This document shows, piece by piece, positions 21,800 to 36,549 of a stretch of DNA of 64,000 nt; the first letter of the stretch is position 1; each line of letters begins with the position of its first letter. The notes below the pieces were generated by a model, which had not been told where the DNA came from, made no database searches, and worked only from the letters and a program-made list of their open reading frames with translations. A program made the translations under genes and the position numbers. The DNA comes from Hormiphora californensis (Eukaryota; Animalia; Ctenophora): positions 806,001 through 870,000 of the forward strand of contig CM035352.1 of assembly GCA_020137815.1 (NCBI GenBank), in the 5' to 3' direction.

Positions 21800-24700
21800 C
21801 ATCAAAAAAAAGCATTCGGCCATTTGGGGACGGTCCCAAGCAAGGGCAAAAAAGTGGTTTTTGCTGGTTTTACCTTTTTTTTTAAGAAAAGGTCCCCAAA
21901 ATAAAACCCCAAATTGGTCCAATTTTAAAACCCCTAAAAATTTTATTTTAAATATTCTATTTTTTTTATATTTCCGTTTTCCTGGGAAAACCCAAAACAA
22001 CCTTTCAATTTTGAAAAAAAAAAGGTTAACTCCAAAAACATCAACGGGATAAGGGGTAATTAAACACCCGGTTTAACTTTGGGGTGGACATTAAACCCAA
22101 TAGGGAAACAGTCACCCAAATTTTAAATGCCCCCTTAAAAGGGGTTCCCGGGGAAATTTTTTCCTTTTTTTGTTTTTTAAAATACCTTGAAATTTTTTTT
22201 CCAAGTTTTTCAATCAAAAAGGGGTGGAAGTCCCCCAAAGGCCTTTTGGGGGGGGGAAATTATCTTTTTTTAAAATTTTTCAAGAAAACCAAACAGGCTT
22301 GGTGCCAAAAGGGTTGTTTTTAAAGAAAAATTTTTCTTTTTCAAAAAGTTTAATTGTTCAAGGCCTTTAATTTCCCCCAATTTTTACCAACCGCTTTTGA
22401 CCCTCAAGGGAACCGGGGGTTTTTTGGGAAAAGGGGATTAGGACCCGAAATTTAAACTTCTCACCCTAGGGCCCCCAAACCCGTCCAACGGGGTTGGTGA
22501 AAGAACCCCAAAACGGGTTTGCACCCCATATAGGGGGAAAATGGACCCCCCCGGGTTTTTTTCAAAATTTTTTCAACCGCCCCCACTACCCCCTTTGGGT
22601 TTTCCCCCCCGAATTGTGTAACGATTAAGAACAATGGGAAAAACAAAGCCCCTTGTGAGTTTTTAAGTTTCCCATTTTTTTTTCTTAAAATGTTAACAAA
22701 TTTCCCGTGGGGCCCCGACCGCCACCCCTCGTTGCTAGGACGTCCCCCCGGGCCATTTGGGCCGGACCCAAAAGAAAAAATTAAACTCTTCTTTAAAATT
22801 AGCCTTGTTTAAAATCCCCAACTATTTTCCCTTTTTTGCCTTTCGGAATGCGCGCGCCCAACGCAAAAAGAAATTTTGGGAAAAACCCGGTTAATAACTT
22901 TTTTGGGGGCCATTGTTCCCAAAAAATTCGTTTCAAATTTATAATCGGCCCCCAGGCCAAAAGGCACCGGGCGGGTTTGAAACCTGAACCCAACATTTCA
23001 AAGAAAAAAATTTTTAAAATTTTCCAGCCAATTGGGAACCCCTCGAACCCTTTTTTATATTAACCAACATATGGGTTATAAAAAAAAAATTGAAAAAATT
23101 TTTTCAATCTACTAAAAATTTTTAACCGTTTCCAAGTTTTTCAAAACCCCAAAGCCATGGTATTTACCTAAAACCTTTGGGGGGGGGAAGGACATGAACA
23201 AACCCACTCCCGGGCCCTTTAATGGTTTTTATTGGGGAAAAACCTTTTAACGGGGTTTCCCAAAAGAAAGGTAAGGTGGGAGCGGTTTAAAATTTCCCTT
23301 TTAAATTTCCAAAAATCGTTCAAACCCACAATTTTTTTCAAAGTTTAAAATGAAAAATGGAAATAATTTTAGTTTGAAGGTTTTGAATTCCATTTCCCTT
23401 AGGGGCCCCCAAAAAAAAGCCCGCCGGGTGACCAAAAACCAAAAATTTAGAGAAAATTTTTGGGCGCCCAAAGGGACTCCATCTGTTTTAATTTTCCGGT
23501 TTTGGTTTCAACCCCAAACCCATTTGTTGCCCCCCGGAACCCTGGTAAGATTAGAAAAAACCCCCAAACCCCCCTCTTTCACTAAACACATTTGTAATTT
23601 CCCTTTTTTGGTGGGTTTATTTAAAGAACCATAACTTTTTGGGCCCCAGATAAAAGTGAGGTGCAGGGGCGCAAAATTTCCCAAATTTATTCCTTCAACA
23701 TAAAATTTTAATTTTAAACCCCTTTTTTATATATTTTTTTTTTGGCACTCTGTTAAACTAATTTTTTCAATTTTTTGGGAAAATTTGAGAAAGGGGCGGC
23801 GAAATGTAGCCATTTTTTTTAGTAACCCCAAAACGGGGTCAACTTGCTTAAACCAAACGCCAAAAAAAAAGCGCCCCTTGGACAAAAAAACCCCCCCCAC
23901 TTTTTCGCCCCCAAAGCCAAAACGTCGGTTTGGGCAAGTGGGCCGTTTTTGTCATGCCCCGATACCCTTTAAATTTTTTGGGGCCGCCCCCTTTCAATGG
24001 TTGCTGTCAAACGCATTACAGCCTTTTTCAGGCCGGGGTTTTTTCCTGTTTTAAGCAAACACCATTTTTTACCCCCCTTTGGGGGGGGGTATACATGAAC
24101 AAATTTTCATAAACCGGCCGGGCCAGTCCGGGGGTTTTTGAAACCTTTTAAATTTTTTTTCAAAAGAAAAAGGGTCAATCCCCTTTTTATTTCCCAAATT
24201 TTTAATTAAAAACTACTTATTTAAAAATTATTTTTTTGCAGCTCGGGATTAATCTACAAAACTTTCTAAAATTTTAAACCTCTTTTTATGGTTAAAACCG
24301 TGGCGGGACCAAACCCCCCCACCACCTCCGTGGTTTTTTTACACCCAATCCCTTTGGGGGAAAGGGAAATTTGACCTACCCCGTCGTTTTTTAAAATTTT
24401 GCAGCCCCCTACGGTTTTTTTGGGCCCCCGGTGCGTTTAAGATTCCCCGAAACCCCCCCATCCAGCCCAACAATCTTTTTGCATTAACTTTACTTTTTTT
24501 CCCCTTTTTGGGTGCATAATCTTCAATTTTTCCAAAAATTTGGGCCAAACCACTGCATGGGTGCTAAAAAATTAACCAAAAATTAAAAATTTGGGCCTTC
24601 AACTTTTTTTAATTTTTAACTACAAACTTTTAATTGTTATTAATAGTTTTTAACAAACACCTTATTTTGACCAGATGGTTTGGGGGAGGTAAATTTAACC

Positions 24701-27700
24701 AGATTTTTAAACACCCCGGTTTAATCTTTGGGGGTGGGTTGAAATAAAACATTTTTAAATTTATTGGGGTTGGTTTTTCACAAAGAAAGGAAGGTGAGAA
24801 AAAATGTACCTAACCCCTTTTTTTTCAAACAAAAAAAATTTTTAAGACCCCTTACATTTGGTTGCAACCATTTAATTTTAAAAATTGGAAACCCAAATGA
24901 GGGGCCCTTTTTTGGACAAATTGGAAAAAATTCTGTCAAAGGTAAAAAAAACCCTTTTTCAAGGCCGGGCCGGAACGAAAACACGGCTTTGGATTTACCC
25001 CCAAACCTTTGGGGGGGGGGAAAGGAAAAGACCTAACCCCCGCCTGTCCAATTTGGGGTTTTTTGGGGTCAATTCGGGTTGCCAAAAAATTTGGTGGGAA
25101 TCGCTGCGGCCACCCAAAATTTTAAAACCCACACGCCCAAGCCCTCTTTTTGTTTTCCCTACTTGAAAACGTTCAAATTGGGGGATTAATCAAAGGGTTT
25201 AAAGAGTCCCTTTTTTTAAACCCCCCAAACCACCCCACCCTTTCCCCCAAGACCCCCCCAAACCCCAAACCGGCCCCATTCATCCCACCCTCCAAGGGCA
25301 AAGGGAAAAAACCTCCCACGTTTTTTTTAAATTCCCTTTTGGTTTAATCCCCCATACTCCCATTTTTGCCGCCCCGATTCCTGGCCAAAACGTTTCCAAA
25401 ACCACCGGAAAAAAGCTCTTGGTAGTAACACGGTTTTTATTTTTTGGGGGTAAACATTACAAAACCCAAAATTCGGGGGCCCCCTAATTTTTCGGAAAAC
25501 CCTTTCAGGCCCAAAAACTCCCCGTCCTTTTAGTTGGGCCTTTGAAAACTTTTTTAATTTAAACAATAAAAATTTATTAAATTGGCGCTTCTATTAAAAT
25601 CTCATCTCTTTCAATTTTCCATTATTGAACCCAACACCCGGGTGCCAATTTTTGGAAAAATTAAAAAATTTTGGGGGTAAAACTTGAAAACCATTTAACC
25701 AAATTCCCCGGGTTTCAAAAACAGCCCCAGGTTTTACAAAAAGGCCTCCCGGGGGGGGATTTTAGTACCTGAAACCCCAACTTTTAAACCAACAAAATTT
25801 TGTGCAAGTCCGTTGTTATTGAAAAAAAACCCTTAATTCTTTTTGGGGAAATCAGGATATGGTGAAAAATTGCAAATTGGTTTGGCTTAAAATAAAATAT
25901 ATTTTCCCCCTTGTTAAAGGCCTTATTTGGTTTTTTGAAAACACGGGGGGTATTGATAAAGGCCCTTTGGGGGGGGATTTGGGGTCGGGAATAAGTTTTT
26001 TAACTCCCATTGGGTCCCCGGGGGGAGTAAAAAACCCCAAAACCACAGTTTAAGGGGGGACAGGACCGGGCCAACCAAAATTTTAAACTTTCGATTCCAT
26101 AACCCCTTATTTTGGTTTGAACCGGAAAAGAAAAAATGGAACTAACTTTGGTCTTAAATGGGTTTTTGTTTGGGGTAACCCCCCATCCCGGGGGGTTTTT
26201 TGGCCGCCCCCCTCCGCGGCTTACATACCCCTTTTCGGCCCAAAAACCCCCCTCTGTTTTAAAATACCTTTTTTGTAGGGTTCCCTTTTTTTGCGGCATC
26301 GTCGAAGGTTCCAAAACCCGCCAAACAAAACCCTGGCAGCAAACTTTTTTTTGGCCCAGGGCGGATAATAGTTAAAAATTTTGCCTAAAATTGGGGAGGT
26401 AAAAGTCTTGCTCCTTTCAGCCCCCAAATTCACCAATTGGGACCTTCGACATCAATTTTTGAATATAAAACACTAAATTTATTATTGTTATATTTTGGCC
26501 CAGCTCTGATTTAAATCTAAAATCTCTTTCTATTTTTTTGACCATTACGAGTTAACTGGCGCACGACCAACTGCACAAAGCTCGATTTGGTGAGAAACCC
26601 CCGGTTAATAACTTTGGGGTAAAGACAATTGACATATAACCAAACATGCTTCTAAATATTTAATGCAAAAAACCCCTTCACGGTTTCACAAAAAAAGGCC
26701 CTCCAGGTGAGCATTTAAATGTAGCCTAACTCCCTTACAGTTTAAAACGATCAAAATTTTATGCAAGTAGGCCACCTTACTGTTGCAGGGATCCCCCTGC
26801 GTAATCCTTTTTAAATTCTTAGGGGAGACCAAAGCGAGCTCATGGTGACTCAAAATTTTGACAAATTAAAAGAAAGTGCTGTCAAACGCTATCAAAACCC
26901 TCCGTTGTTCGGCTCTGTGGGTTTCCAAATGTTTTCAACGCAAACACGGCATGGTAGTTACCTAAAAGGCCCGGGGGGGTTTGGGGGGGGGGGGGAGTTG
27001 TACATAAATCAAACTTCTTCACAAACCCAGCCTTGGCCAAAGCCCCGGTGGTGTTTGTTGAAGGGAAACCATTTTAAACTGTGTTGTCAAAAAAGATTTT
27101 AGGGGGGAGGGTGCGGCTCGGGGGCCCTTTTTTTCCCCCAATTTTAAAAATTTCCCAACTCGATTTCTTGCCCCTACATTTTGGTTTGAGCTCTGTTTTA
27201 AAACGATTCAAATGGGAACATGGGGGGGACTTTTAGGATCTGTAAAGGTTGTAAAGTTTCTCTTGTCCCTTATTCCCCCCAAAAAACACCCAAAGGGCGC
27301 TTTTACACAAACCGCCAAAACCAACCAAACCGACGGGCGTTTGACGACCCCACCCCCCACTATTGGGCGGACCCGGGAGAATGACCTACCCGTGTGTCTT
27401 TACAGTACCCGTTTGGTTTCAATCGCCCCGACTACTCGCCAGTTTGTTTTCCCCCGCCCCCGGAAATGCGCTGCTGTAAACGCATTACCAAAAAATCCAC
27501 CAAACAAAGCCCTCTGTGTTTGCATTAACTTTACTTTGACTTCCCATTTTTGTGTGCGGTATAATCGTTACAAATTTCCATAAGACTCGGGGCCCCGAGC
27601 CAGCCCACAGCTCGGTGCTAGGATCTAAACTTTAAAACCAAAACGGTCCATTCACCCAAATTGGACCTCTCGAACATCAAAATTTTTGAATATTTAACTC

Positions 27701-30700
27701 TTAACTTTAAATTGATTATAAAATTTGGGCCTCTGATTTAAATCTACAACCCTTTTTCCTATTTTGACCTTTCGATTAAACGGGGCGCAGCACCCAAACT
27801 GCACAAAGCTCAATTTTTGGTGGTCACCCGGTTAAAAACTTTGGGGGTAAAGGACTTGACATTTAACCAAAATTTCAGTGCTTCAAAATATTTAACGGAA
27901 CCCTTCACGTTTTCACAAAAAAGGCACCAGGGGGGCAGTTTAAATTAGCCTAAACCCCTTACCATCAACGATAAAAAAGTTTAGTGAAATTAGGTCACCT
28001 TACAGTGTCAGGGAACCCCCTGCAGTAACCCATTTCATTCTTAGTTGGAGCCCAAAGCGAGCTGCATGGGTGATAAATTAAAAATTAGAAGAAAATTGCT
28101 TCAACTGCTATATAACATACCGTTTTAAAGGCTCTGTAGGTTCCAAGTGTTTTCACGAAACCCGGGCATGGTATGTTACCAAAAAGGGACCGGGGTTTTG
28201 GGGGGAGGGGAGTTAGGTCTGGAATCAAGACTTCTTCAACTAAACCCCCGGGCCTTGTGCCAATCCTGTGTTGTTTATTGAAAAAACACTTATTAACTTG
28301 GGGGTTGCATCAAAGATTTTAAGGGGGAGGTGCGGACTCGGCGGCCTTTAATTTCCCAAATTTTATAACTTCAAAATCGATTTCATTAAAAACCCCCTAC
28401 TATTTTTTTGCGACACTGTGATAACTGATAAAAAATGGGAACAATGAGGGGACGTTGGAGTCTTAGAATTTTGTAAAGTTTCTCTTGCCCCTTAGGGAAC
28501 CCCAAACAACATCCAACGCGCTGGTGACACAAACCCCAACCACCTACCGACTGGTCATTGACGATCCCCCCCCCAAAATTTTGGGGGGCCCCCGGGAAAA
28601 TACCTACCCGTCGGGTCTTTAAAAGGGCCGGGGTTTTGTTGTCAATCCCCCACTCTCGCCGTTTGTGTTGCCCCCCCGGCAATGCGCTCTGTCAACGCTT
28701 TAAAACCAAACCACACCCCCGAAAAAGCCTCGTGCTTAGCATTAACTTACTTTGTACTTTTCCCTTTTTTTTGTGTGCGGTATACATCAGTTAACAGAAT
28801 TTTCCCATAAATCTCGGGGCCCCGAGCCAGTCACACCAGTGCAGTCCTGCTACAAACATTTCAAGAAAAAACGGCCAATTCAGCAATTGGACCTCTCGAC
28901 ACAAAATTTTTTTGAATATATTAACTACTTAACTTTTAATTGATTTATAATTGGCAGCTCTATTTAAATCTACAATCTACTTTCATTTTTGCCCAGTTAT
29001 CGATTTAACGGGGCGCAGCACCAACTGCACTAAGCCAGATTTGGTGAGAAACCCCCGGGGTTAAAATTTTGGGGGGTAAAGGGACAATTGACTATAACCG
29101 AAATTCAGTGTTTTCTAATATTATAATCGGGAAAACCCCCTTCACGGTTTCACAAAAAAAGGCTACCAGGTGAGCAGTTTAAATGTGCCTAAAACTCCAT
29201 TACTTTTTTCAACAGTAAAAAAATTTTGTGAAATAGGCCCACCCTTTACAGTGTGCAGAACCCCTGCAGAAATCCTTTTAAATTCTATAGTTGGAGACCA
29301 AGCGAGCTGCAGGGGTGACCAAAAGTTGAAAAATTGAAAAAAATTGCTGTCAACTGCTATCAAAATCCGTTTTCAAGGCCGTATTTCCAAGTTTTTTTCA
29401 CGCAAACAGCGGCATGGTTGTTGACCTCAAGGACCTGGGGTTGGGGGGGGGAGTTGGGTACGGGAATCAAATTCTTCAACAAACCCAGGCCTTGGGCCAA
29501 GCCGGGGGGTTTTGTTAAAAGAAACCTTATTACTGTGGTTGTCACAAAGATTTTAAGGTGGGAAGGTCAGGACTCGGGGGCCTTTTTAATTTCCCCAAAA
29601 TTTAAACTTCAACAATCGATTTCATTGACCCTACTATTTTTGGGTTTGCAACTCGGTTTTAAACTGTATCAAATGGGAACAATAGGGGACGTTGGATCTG
29701 TAAAGGTTGGAAGCTTCTCATTGTCCCTTATGGTAAACCCCCAAAACAACACCAAAAGGGCGCGGTGACACAGAACCCCCAAACCAACCTACCCTGGTCG
29801 TTGACGACCCCACCTCCCATTGGGGGACCCGGGGAATGGACCTACACGTCGTTCTTTACAATGCCGGTTTGGTTGTCAATCGCCCCCCCACTCGCCATTT
29901 GTGTTGCCCCCCCGGAAAGGGCCCTTTGTCAACCTTTACCAGAACACATCCGCCGAAAAAAGCTCTCTGTGTTTACATTCTTTCCTTTGTACTTCCCCCT
30001 TTTTTTGTGTGGGGTACATCAGTTAACAAAGTTTGCCATAAATCTGGGCCCCCGAGCCGCACACACTGCGGTGCTAGGACTGCAAAACAACATTTCAAGC
30101 CAAAAACGGTCCAATTCACCAAATTACCCTCGAACTCAAATTTTTAAATTTAATTAACATTTAAACTTATATAAATTGATTTAAAATTGGCAGCCCCCTG
30201 ATTTAAATCTACATCATTTTCTATATTTGACCTTTTATCGATTTAACGGGGCGCACGACCCCTGAAACTAAGCCAGTTTTGGGTGAAAACACCCGGTTAA
30301 TACTTTGGGGGCCCAAGGACAATACATTAACCAAAATTCATGCTTCTAATATTTAATGCGGGAAAACCCCCTTCACGGTTTCACAAAAAAAGGCTACCGG
30401 TGACAGTTTAAAATGTAGCCTAAAACCCATTACATTTTTTCAACGTCAAAAGTTTAGTCAATAGGTCACCTTACTTGTGCTGGATCCCCTGCAAATCCAT
30501 TTCAATTCTATTTTTGGAACCCAACGGGGCCCTGGGTGACTCAAAATTTACAAATTAGAAAAAAATTGCTTCAAATGCTATCATAAACCGTTGTTCAAGC
30601 TCTTGGGTTCCCAAGTGTTTTCCAACGAAAAACACGGCATGGTATTTTGACCAAAAGGGACCGGGGGTTGGGGGGGGGGATTGGTACAGGGAAATAAAGA

Positions 30701-33700
30701 CTTCTTCAAAAACACCGGCCTTGGTCCCAAATCCTGGTGGTGTTTGTTAAAGAAAACCATTATAACTTGTGGTTGCATCAAAGAATTAAGGTGGGAGAGG
30801 TGCGGACTCGGCGGCCTTTTTTTCCCAAATTTTATAATTTCAACATCGACTTCATTGCCCCTACTATATTTGGTTTGAAACTACTGTTAAAAACTGATAT
30901 CAAATGGGAACAATGGGGGGGACTTGGATCTGTAGAGGTTGTGAAGTTTCTCATTGCCCTATGGTAAACCCCAAAAAACAGTCCAACGGCGTGGTGACAC
31001 AAAAAACCCCCAAACCAAACCTACCGACTGGTCTTTGACGATCCCACCTCCACTTTTGGGGGCGGACCCGGAAGGGACCTCCCGTCGTGTCTTTACAATC
31101 CGGGTTTGGTTGTAAATCCCCCCGACTACCGCCATTTGTGTTGCCCCCCCCCGGCAATCGCTGCTGTCAACCATTCCCCAAACAATCCCCCGAAAAAAGC
31201 TCTTTTTAGTTTAACTTTATTTTTGTACTTCCCCCTTTTTTGTGGCGGTATACTCAGTTAACAGAATTTTGCCAAAATCTCGTCCCCCCGACCATCCCGC
31301 TGCAGGTGCTAGACGCTACAACATTTAAACCCAAAAAAGGCCCAATTCAGCCTTTTGACCTCTCAAACCGAATTTTTGAATATTTTAAACTATTTAAACT
31401 TATAATTGATTTATAATTGGCAGCTCTGATTTAAATTACAATCTACTTTCAAATTTTTGACCATTTATCGATTAACTGGGCGCACGACCCAAACTGCACA
31501 AAGCCAGTTTTGGTGAGTAACACCCGGTTAATAACTTTGGGGTAAAGGAAAATTGACTTTAAAACCCAAAAATTCTTCTTCTAATATTATAATGCGGAAA
31601 ACCCCCTTCCGTTTCAAAAAGAAAGGCTACCAGGTGAGCATTTTAGAATTCCTAAACTCCTTACTTTAAACCCGATCAAAAAGTTTAGGCAAGTAGGCCA
31701 GCCTCTATGTGCATGGATCCCCTCGTAATCCATTTAAATTCTTATTGGAGACCAAAACGAGCTCATGGTGACTAAAATTTTGAAAAAATTAAAAAAATGT
31801 GTTTTAAAACGCTTCATAACAAAAACCTTTTTTAAAGGCCTGTAGGTTCCAGTTTTTTTTCAACGCACAGGGGCATGGTAGGTTGACCTCAAGGCCCTGG
31901 GTTGGGGGGGGGGAGTTAGGTACAGGGAATCAACTTTTCAACAAAACACCGGGCCTTTGGTGCCAAATCCTGGGGTGTTTGTTGAAAAACCCATTTTAAC
32001 TTGTGGTTGTCATCAAAATCTTAAGGGGGGGAGGTGCAGGACTCGGGGGGCCTTTTTTTAATTTTCCCAATTTTATCTTCAACAATCGCTTCATTGACCC
32101 TACAATTTTTGGGTTTGCAGACACTGTGTTAACTGATTAAAATGGGAACAATGAGGGGACTTTGGATCTTAGAAGGTTGTGAAGTTTCCCCATTGTCCTT
32201 AGGGTAAACCCCCAAACAACAGTCCAGGGCGCTGGTGACCAAAACCGCCAACCACCTACCGACGGGTCGATTGACACCCCACCTCCCTTTGGGGGGACCC
32301 GGGAGATGGACCTACACGTCGTTCTTTAAAATCCCCGGGTTTGGTTGTAACGCCCCGACACTGCCTTTTGTGTTGCCGCCCCCGAAATGCCTGCTGTCAA
32401 CGCTTACCAAACCTCCGCCAAAAAAAAGTCTCTGTGCTTAGCTTTAACTTTACTTTTGTACTTCCCCTTTTTTTTGTGTGGGGTAAAACTCAAAACAGAA
32501 TTCCCATAAATCTCGGGGCCCCAGCCATCACCACTGCGGTGCTAGGACTGCTAAAAAAACATTTAAAACCCAAAAAAGGGCCCAAATTTCACCCAAATTT
32601 GGGGACCTCTCGAACCAAAATTTTTTTAATATATTAACTACTTAACTTATTTTGATTATTTTGTCAGCTCTTTTTTAAAATTACAATCTACTTTCTATAT
32701 TTTGACCTTTTTGGTTAACGGGCGCAGCGATCCAACCACTAAGCTCAATTTTGGGGTGAGTACCCCGGTTTAAATAACTTTGGGGGCCGGAAAATTGCAT
32801 TTATGAACCAAAATTCAGTGCTTCAAATTTATAATGCGGGAAAACCCCCCTTTCACGGTTTCCAAGAAAGGCAAACCAGTAGCAGTTTAGAATGTACCTA
32901 AAAACTCCTTTAAAGTTTCAACAATCAAAAGTTTAGTCAAGTAGGCACCCCTTACTATGTCAGGGACCCCCTCGTAATCCATTTAAATTCTATATTGGAG
33001 CCCAACGAGCTGCTGGGTGACCAAAAGTTACAAATTAGAAAAAATGTGCTGTAAAACGCTTTCATAACTACCTTGTTCAAGGGCTCTGTAGGTTCCAAGG
33101 GTTTTAACGCAAACGGGCGGCTTTTTAAATGTTCCCCTCAAAGGCCTGGGGTTGGGGGGGGGGGAGTTGGGTACATGAATCAAGACTTCTTAAACAAAAA
33201 CCCGGGCCTTGGGGGCCAAGTCCTGGGGTGTTTATTGAAGAGAAACACATTTTAACTTTGGTTTCCAAAAGATTTAAGGGGGGAGGGGTGCAGGCTCGGG
33301 GGCCCTTTTTAAATTTTCCCCAAATTTTAAAACTTCAACTCGACTTCATTAACCCTACATATTTGGTTTGCAACTCTGTGTAAACTGTATCAAAGGGGAA
33401 AAAATGAGGGGGAGTTGGGTCTGTAGAAGGTTGTAAAGCTTCTCTTGCCCCTTAGGGTGACCCCAAACAACACCCAAACGGGCTGGTAACAAACCCCCAA
33501 CCAACCTACCGACTGGTCTTGACGATCCCCCTCCACTATTGGGGCCCCGGGGAAATGACCCCCCACGTCTTCTTTAAAATACCCGGGTTTGTTGTAAATC
33601 GCCCCGACTACTCCCCATTTTGTGTTGCCCCCCCCCCGGCAATGCCTGCTGTCAACGCATTACCAAACCATCCGCCAAAAAAGCTCTCTGTGCTTAGCAA

Positions 33701-34450
33701 ACTTTACATTTGTACGTTCCCATTTTTGTGCGGTATACCAGTTAAAGAATTCGCCATAAGATCTCGGGGCCCCCGACCCAGCCCCCAAAAGCTGCGTGCT
33801 AGACTGCTACAACATTTCAAGAAAAAACGGTCCAATTCAGCCAATTGGGACCCTCGAACATCGAATTTTTTAAATATATTAAACTTGATTATTAATTGCC
33901 CGCCTGATTTTAATCTACAATCCTTTCTATTTTTTTGACCATTTATCGGTTAACTGGGCGCAGCGACAACTGCACTACTCAATTTGGTGAGTAACACCCG
34001 GGTTAATAACTTTGGGGTCAGGACAATTACATATAAACCAGAAATTTCTTAAAATTTTATAATGCAGGAAACCCCTTCAGGGTTTTCACAAAAAAAGGGC
34101 TACCAGGTGAGCATTTAGAATGTCCTAAAACTCCTTTACGTTTAACAATAAAAAAGTTTAGGGGAAAGTAGGCCACCTTACTAGTGGCATGGATACCCCT
34201 GCAGTAATCCATTTCACTTCTATTTGGAGACCGAGCGAGCTTTATGGGTGACTCAAAAGTTGACAAATTAGAAGAAAATGTGCTGTCAAACTGCTATCAT
34301 AACATACCGTTGTTCAAGGCTCTGTAGATTCCAAATATTTTGATTCAAACTGCGACGTGGTATGCTGACCTCAAAGAACCTGGGGTGGGGGGGGGGGAGT
34401 TAGGTAAATGAAATCAGAACTTAAGAAGGTTCTTCAATTAAACGCATGGC
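21800..34450. repeat. Tandem array of ~1.23-kb unit (about 7 clear and about 4 degraded copies) in low-accuracy sequence
   Basis: Marker ACACCCGGTTAATAACTTTGGGG-like recurs near 22064, 22885, 24712, 25635, 26598, 27826, 29052, 30290, 31520, 32762, 33995; homopolymer noise increases leftwards. Confidence 0.88.
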
Positions 34451-35554
34451 CTTGACTGTTTACACCCAGAGTGCCCAGGTAAGGGGGCAGAAGACAAACA
34501 AATAACTCCTCTCACTACAGACAAAATAAAGGTGCTATGACCTACCAAGTTCCTATTTAATTAAATCACTTCCAAATTCTATAGCACACCAAAACAGGAA
34601 ACTAAAGTCAGTTGACGGCCGACAATAGCCCAGTATAACAGTATGTGTGGTTTGGAATTAGAAAATGATCTCGGCAGACCTTGATAAGTCATAACAGACA
34701 GGATCCCACCCAATCATGAAAAGTCAAAGGAACGAGGACGATTTATCGATTTGATAGACTGCACTATCACTATAGAATCTATAATAGATAACCTCCGATA
34801 GCCCCAATTTTAAAAAATAGGACAGTTAATTTTCCATATCAGGGTGCAAATTGGGAAGAGACCTGTCGGGTAACGACCAAAATTTGAACACCCCCATGCA
34901 GTTTCCTATTAGCCACAAGACGATAGGATAGATCCATATTGCCATAAAAATTTGAGTACAGGTGTTATGGCATGCAATCACCAATACCAAATCATTCCCA
35001 TTCTTGAATCACATCCTCAATTGGATACCATCCCCACAACCGATGTTTGAATATGTATGCTTGGTCATCGGCTGGTTACCGCCAAAACATACACCAAAGG
35101 TTGCTTGACGTATAACGCAAGGTCATGTGATTGAATACAGTACAGGTTCTCACAGTTCAGAACACGAGCATTCTTCTTATGGCAATATGGATCTGGTCCT
35201 ACTAAGCAGGGATGAAAGTTGCACCCAAGACCCAACATCTGATCTTAAGCGTGAAGGCAATGCAACCCACAGTGAGCCATGAAGTGTAGGAAGGGCACTA
35301 TTGATACCAGACCCCCCCCCCAGGATTGGTTCTCACCTTATTCGCTGAGACAAAATGATACAAACACAGATCCTCGAGAAATCCTCAAATTTTCCCCTCT
35401 TCATTTTTATTAAATCCTCTTTGCCAATGCCAAATCCATGATCCTCTTACAACTCCTGAGAGCACGGTGTTAGCGAAAGAGTCAAGGATTTCAAGAGAAT
35501 TATAGATAGAAACACATTAAAAAATACACTGTAACAGTGTCTCGAGTTAGCTTT

Positions 35555-36549
35555 TAGTAGGGACGAATCTCAATTTTTTGACTCACTATTTGGTGGAAAG
35601 CAAATTCCGGTGGTAACCCACCTATTTTGACCCGCTGAACACGGTCCCGTTCATAGGCAAGCTCGCAAAAGTGGAGAAAATGCCCATATCGGCCACGCCC
35701 TTTTACCTGTATTTTCAGCCTGTAGCCAAAAACATAAATCCTCTTAGAATAGGAGTAGAGACAAATCTGAGGGCACTAAAGTGATCAGCGCCCTCGCATT
35801 AGTGGGGGTAGGTGCTGGAATTAAGTCTCTATCTCATCTAGTTGATTAGATAATTGGATAATTAGGTTTGCGCATAACCGTTTTTTGGCTATATGGCTAT
35901 AGCCACTTAGGAATGGTTTAGAGACTTTTCACTGGCGCCATTTTGTAGGCAATAGCCAAGTTATGGGGGGTCGACGTCGGACTTTTAAGCTCTATCTCCA
36001 ACCGTTTAGCCGTTATTGGGCCTAAACGATGCTCAAAATCGGGCTTTTTACCGCTTTTCGCTCATTTTGAGCATCGATTTAGCCCAATAACGGCTAAACG
36101 GTTGGAGATAGAGCTTAAAAGTCCGACGTCGACCCCCCATAACTTAGCTATTGCCTACAAAATGGCGCCAGTGAAAAGTCTCTAAACCATTCCTAAGTGG
36201 CTATAGCCATATAGCCAAAAAAACGGTTATGCGCAAACCTAATTATCCAATTATCTAATTAACCAGATGAGATAGAGACTTAATTCCAGCACCTACCCCC
36301 ACTAATGCGAGGGCGCTGATCACTTTAGTGCCCTCAGATTTGTCTCTACTCCTATTCTAAGAGGATTTATGTTTTTGGCTACAGGCTGAAAATACAGGTA
36401 AAAGGGCGTGGCCGATTTGGGCATTTTCTCCACTTGCCTATGAACGGGATCGTGTTCAGCGGGTCAAAATAGGTGGGTTACAACCGGAATTTGCTTTCCA
36501 CCAAATAGTGAGTCAGCCACTTCTTTTTATAAGAGATTCGTCCCTACTA
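35555..36549. mobile_element. Foldback (near-perfect palindromic) non-autonomous element, Academ-like termini
   Basis: TTT|TAGTAGGGACGAATCTC...GAGATTCGTCCCTACTA|TTT; arms of ~480 bp, short spacer near 36045-36062; TAG..CTA ends with a 3-bp duplication. Confidence 0.85.

Noticed and set aside
30900-30990. HNH-like peptide (VHHKDNEKLHN) in a by-eye reverse-strand consensus of the array
   Set aside because: The frame closes shortly after and the consensus is unreliable; probably chance
20400-34300. Dozens of K/F/P/G-rich short ORFs
   Set aside because: Products of homopolymer-inflated low-accuracy sequence (AAA/TTT/CCC/GGG codons)
26400-34450. Possible CRISPR, rDNA, histone or tRNA array
   Set aside because: No short repeat-unique spacer structure and no recognisable rRNA, histone or tRNA motifs in the unit
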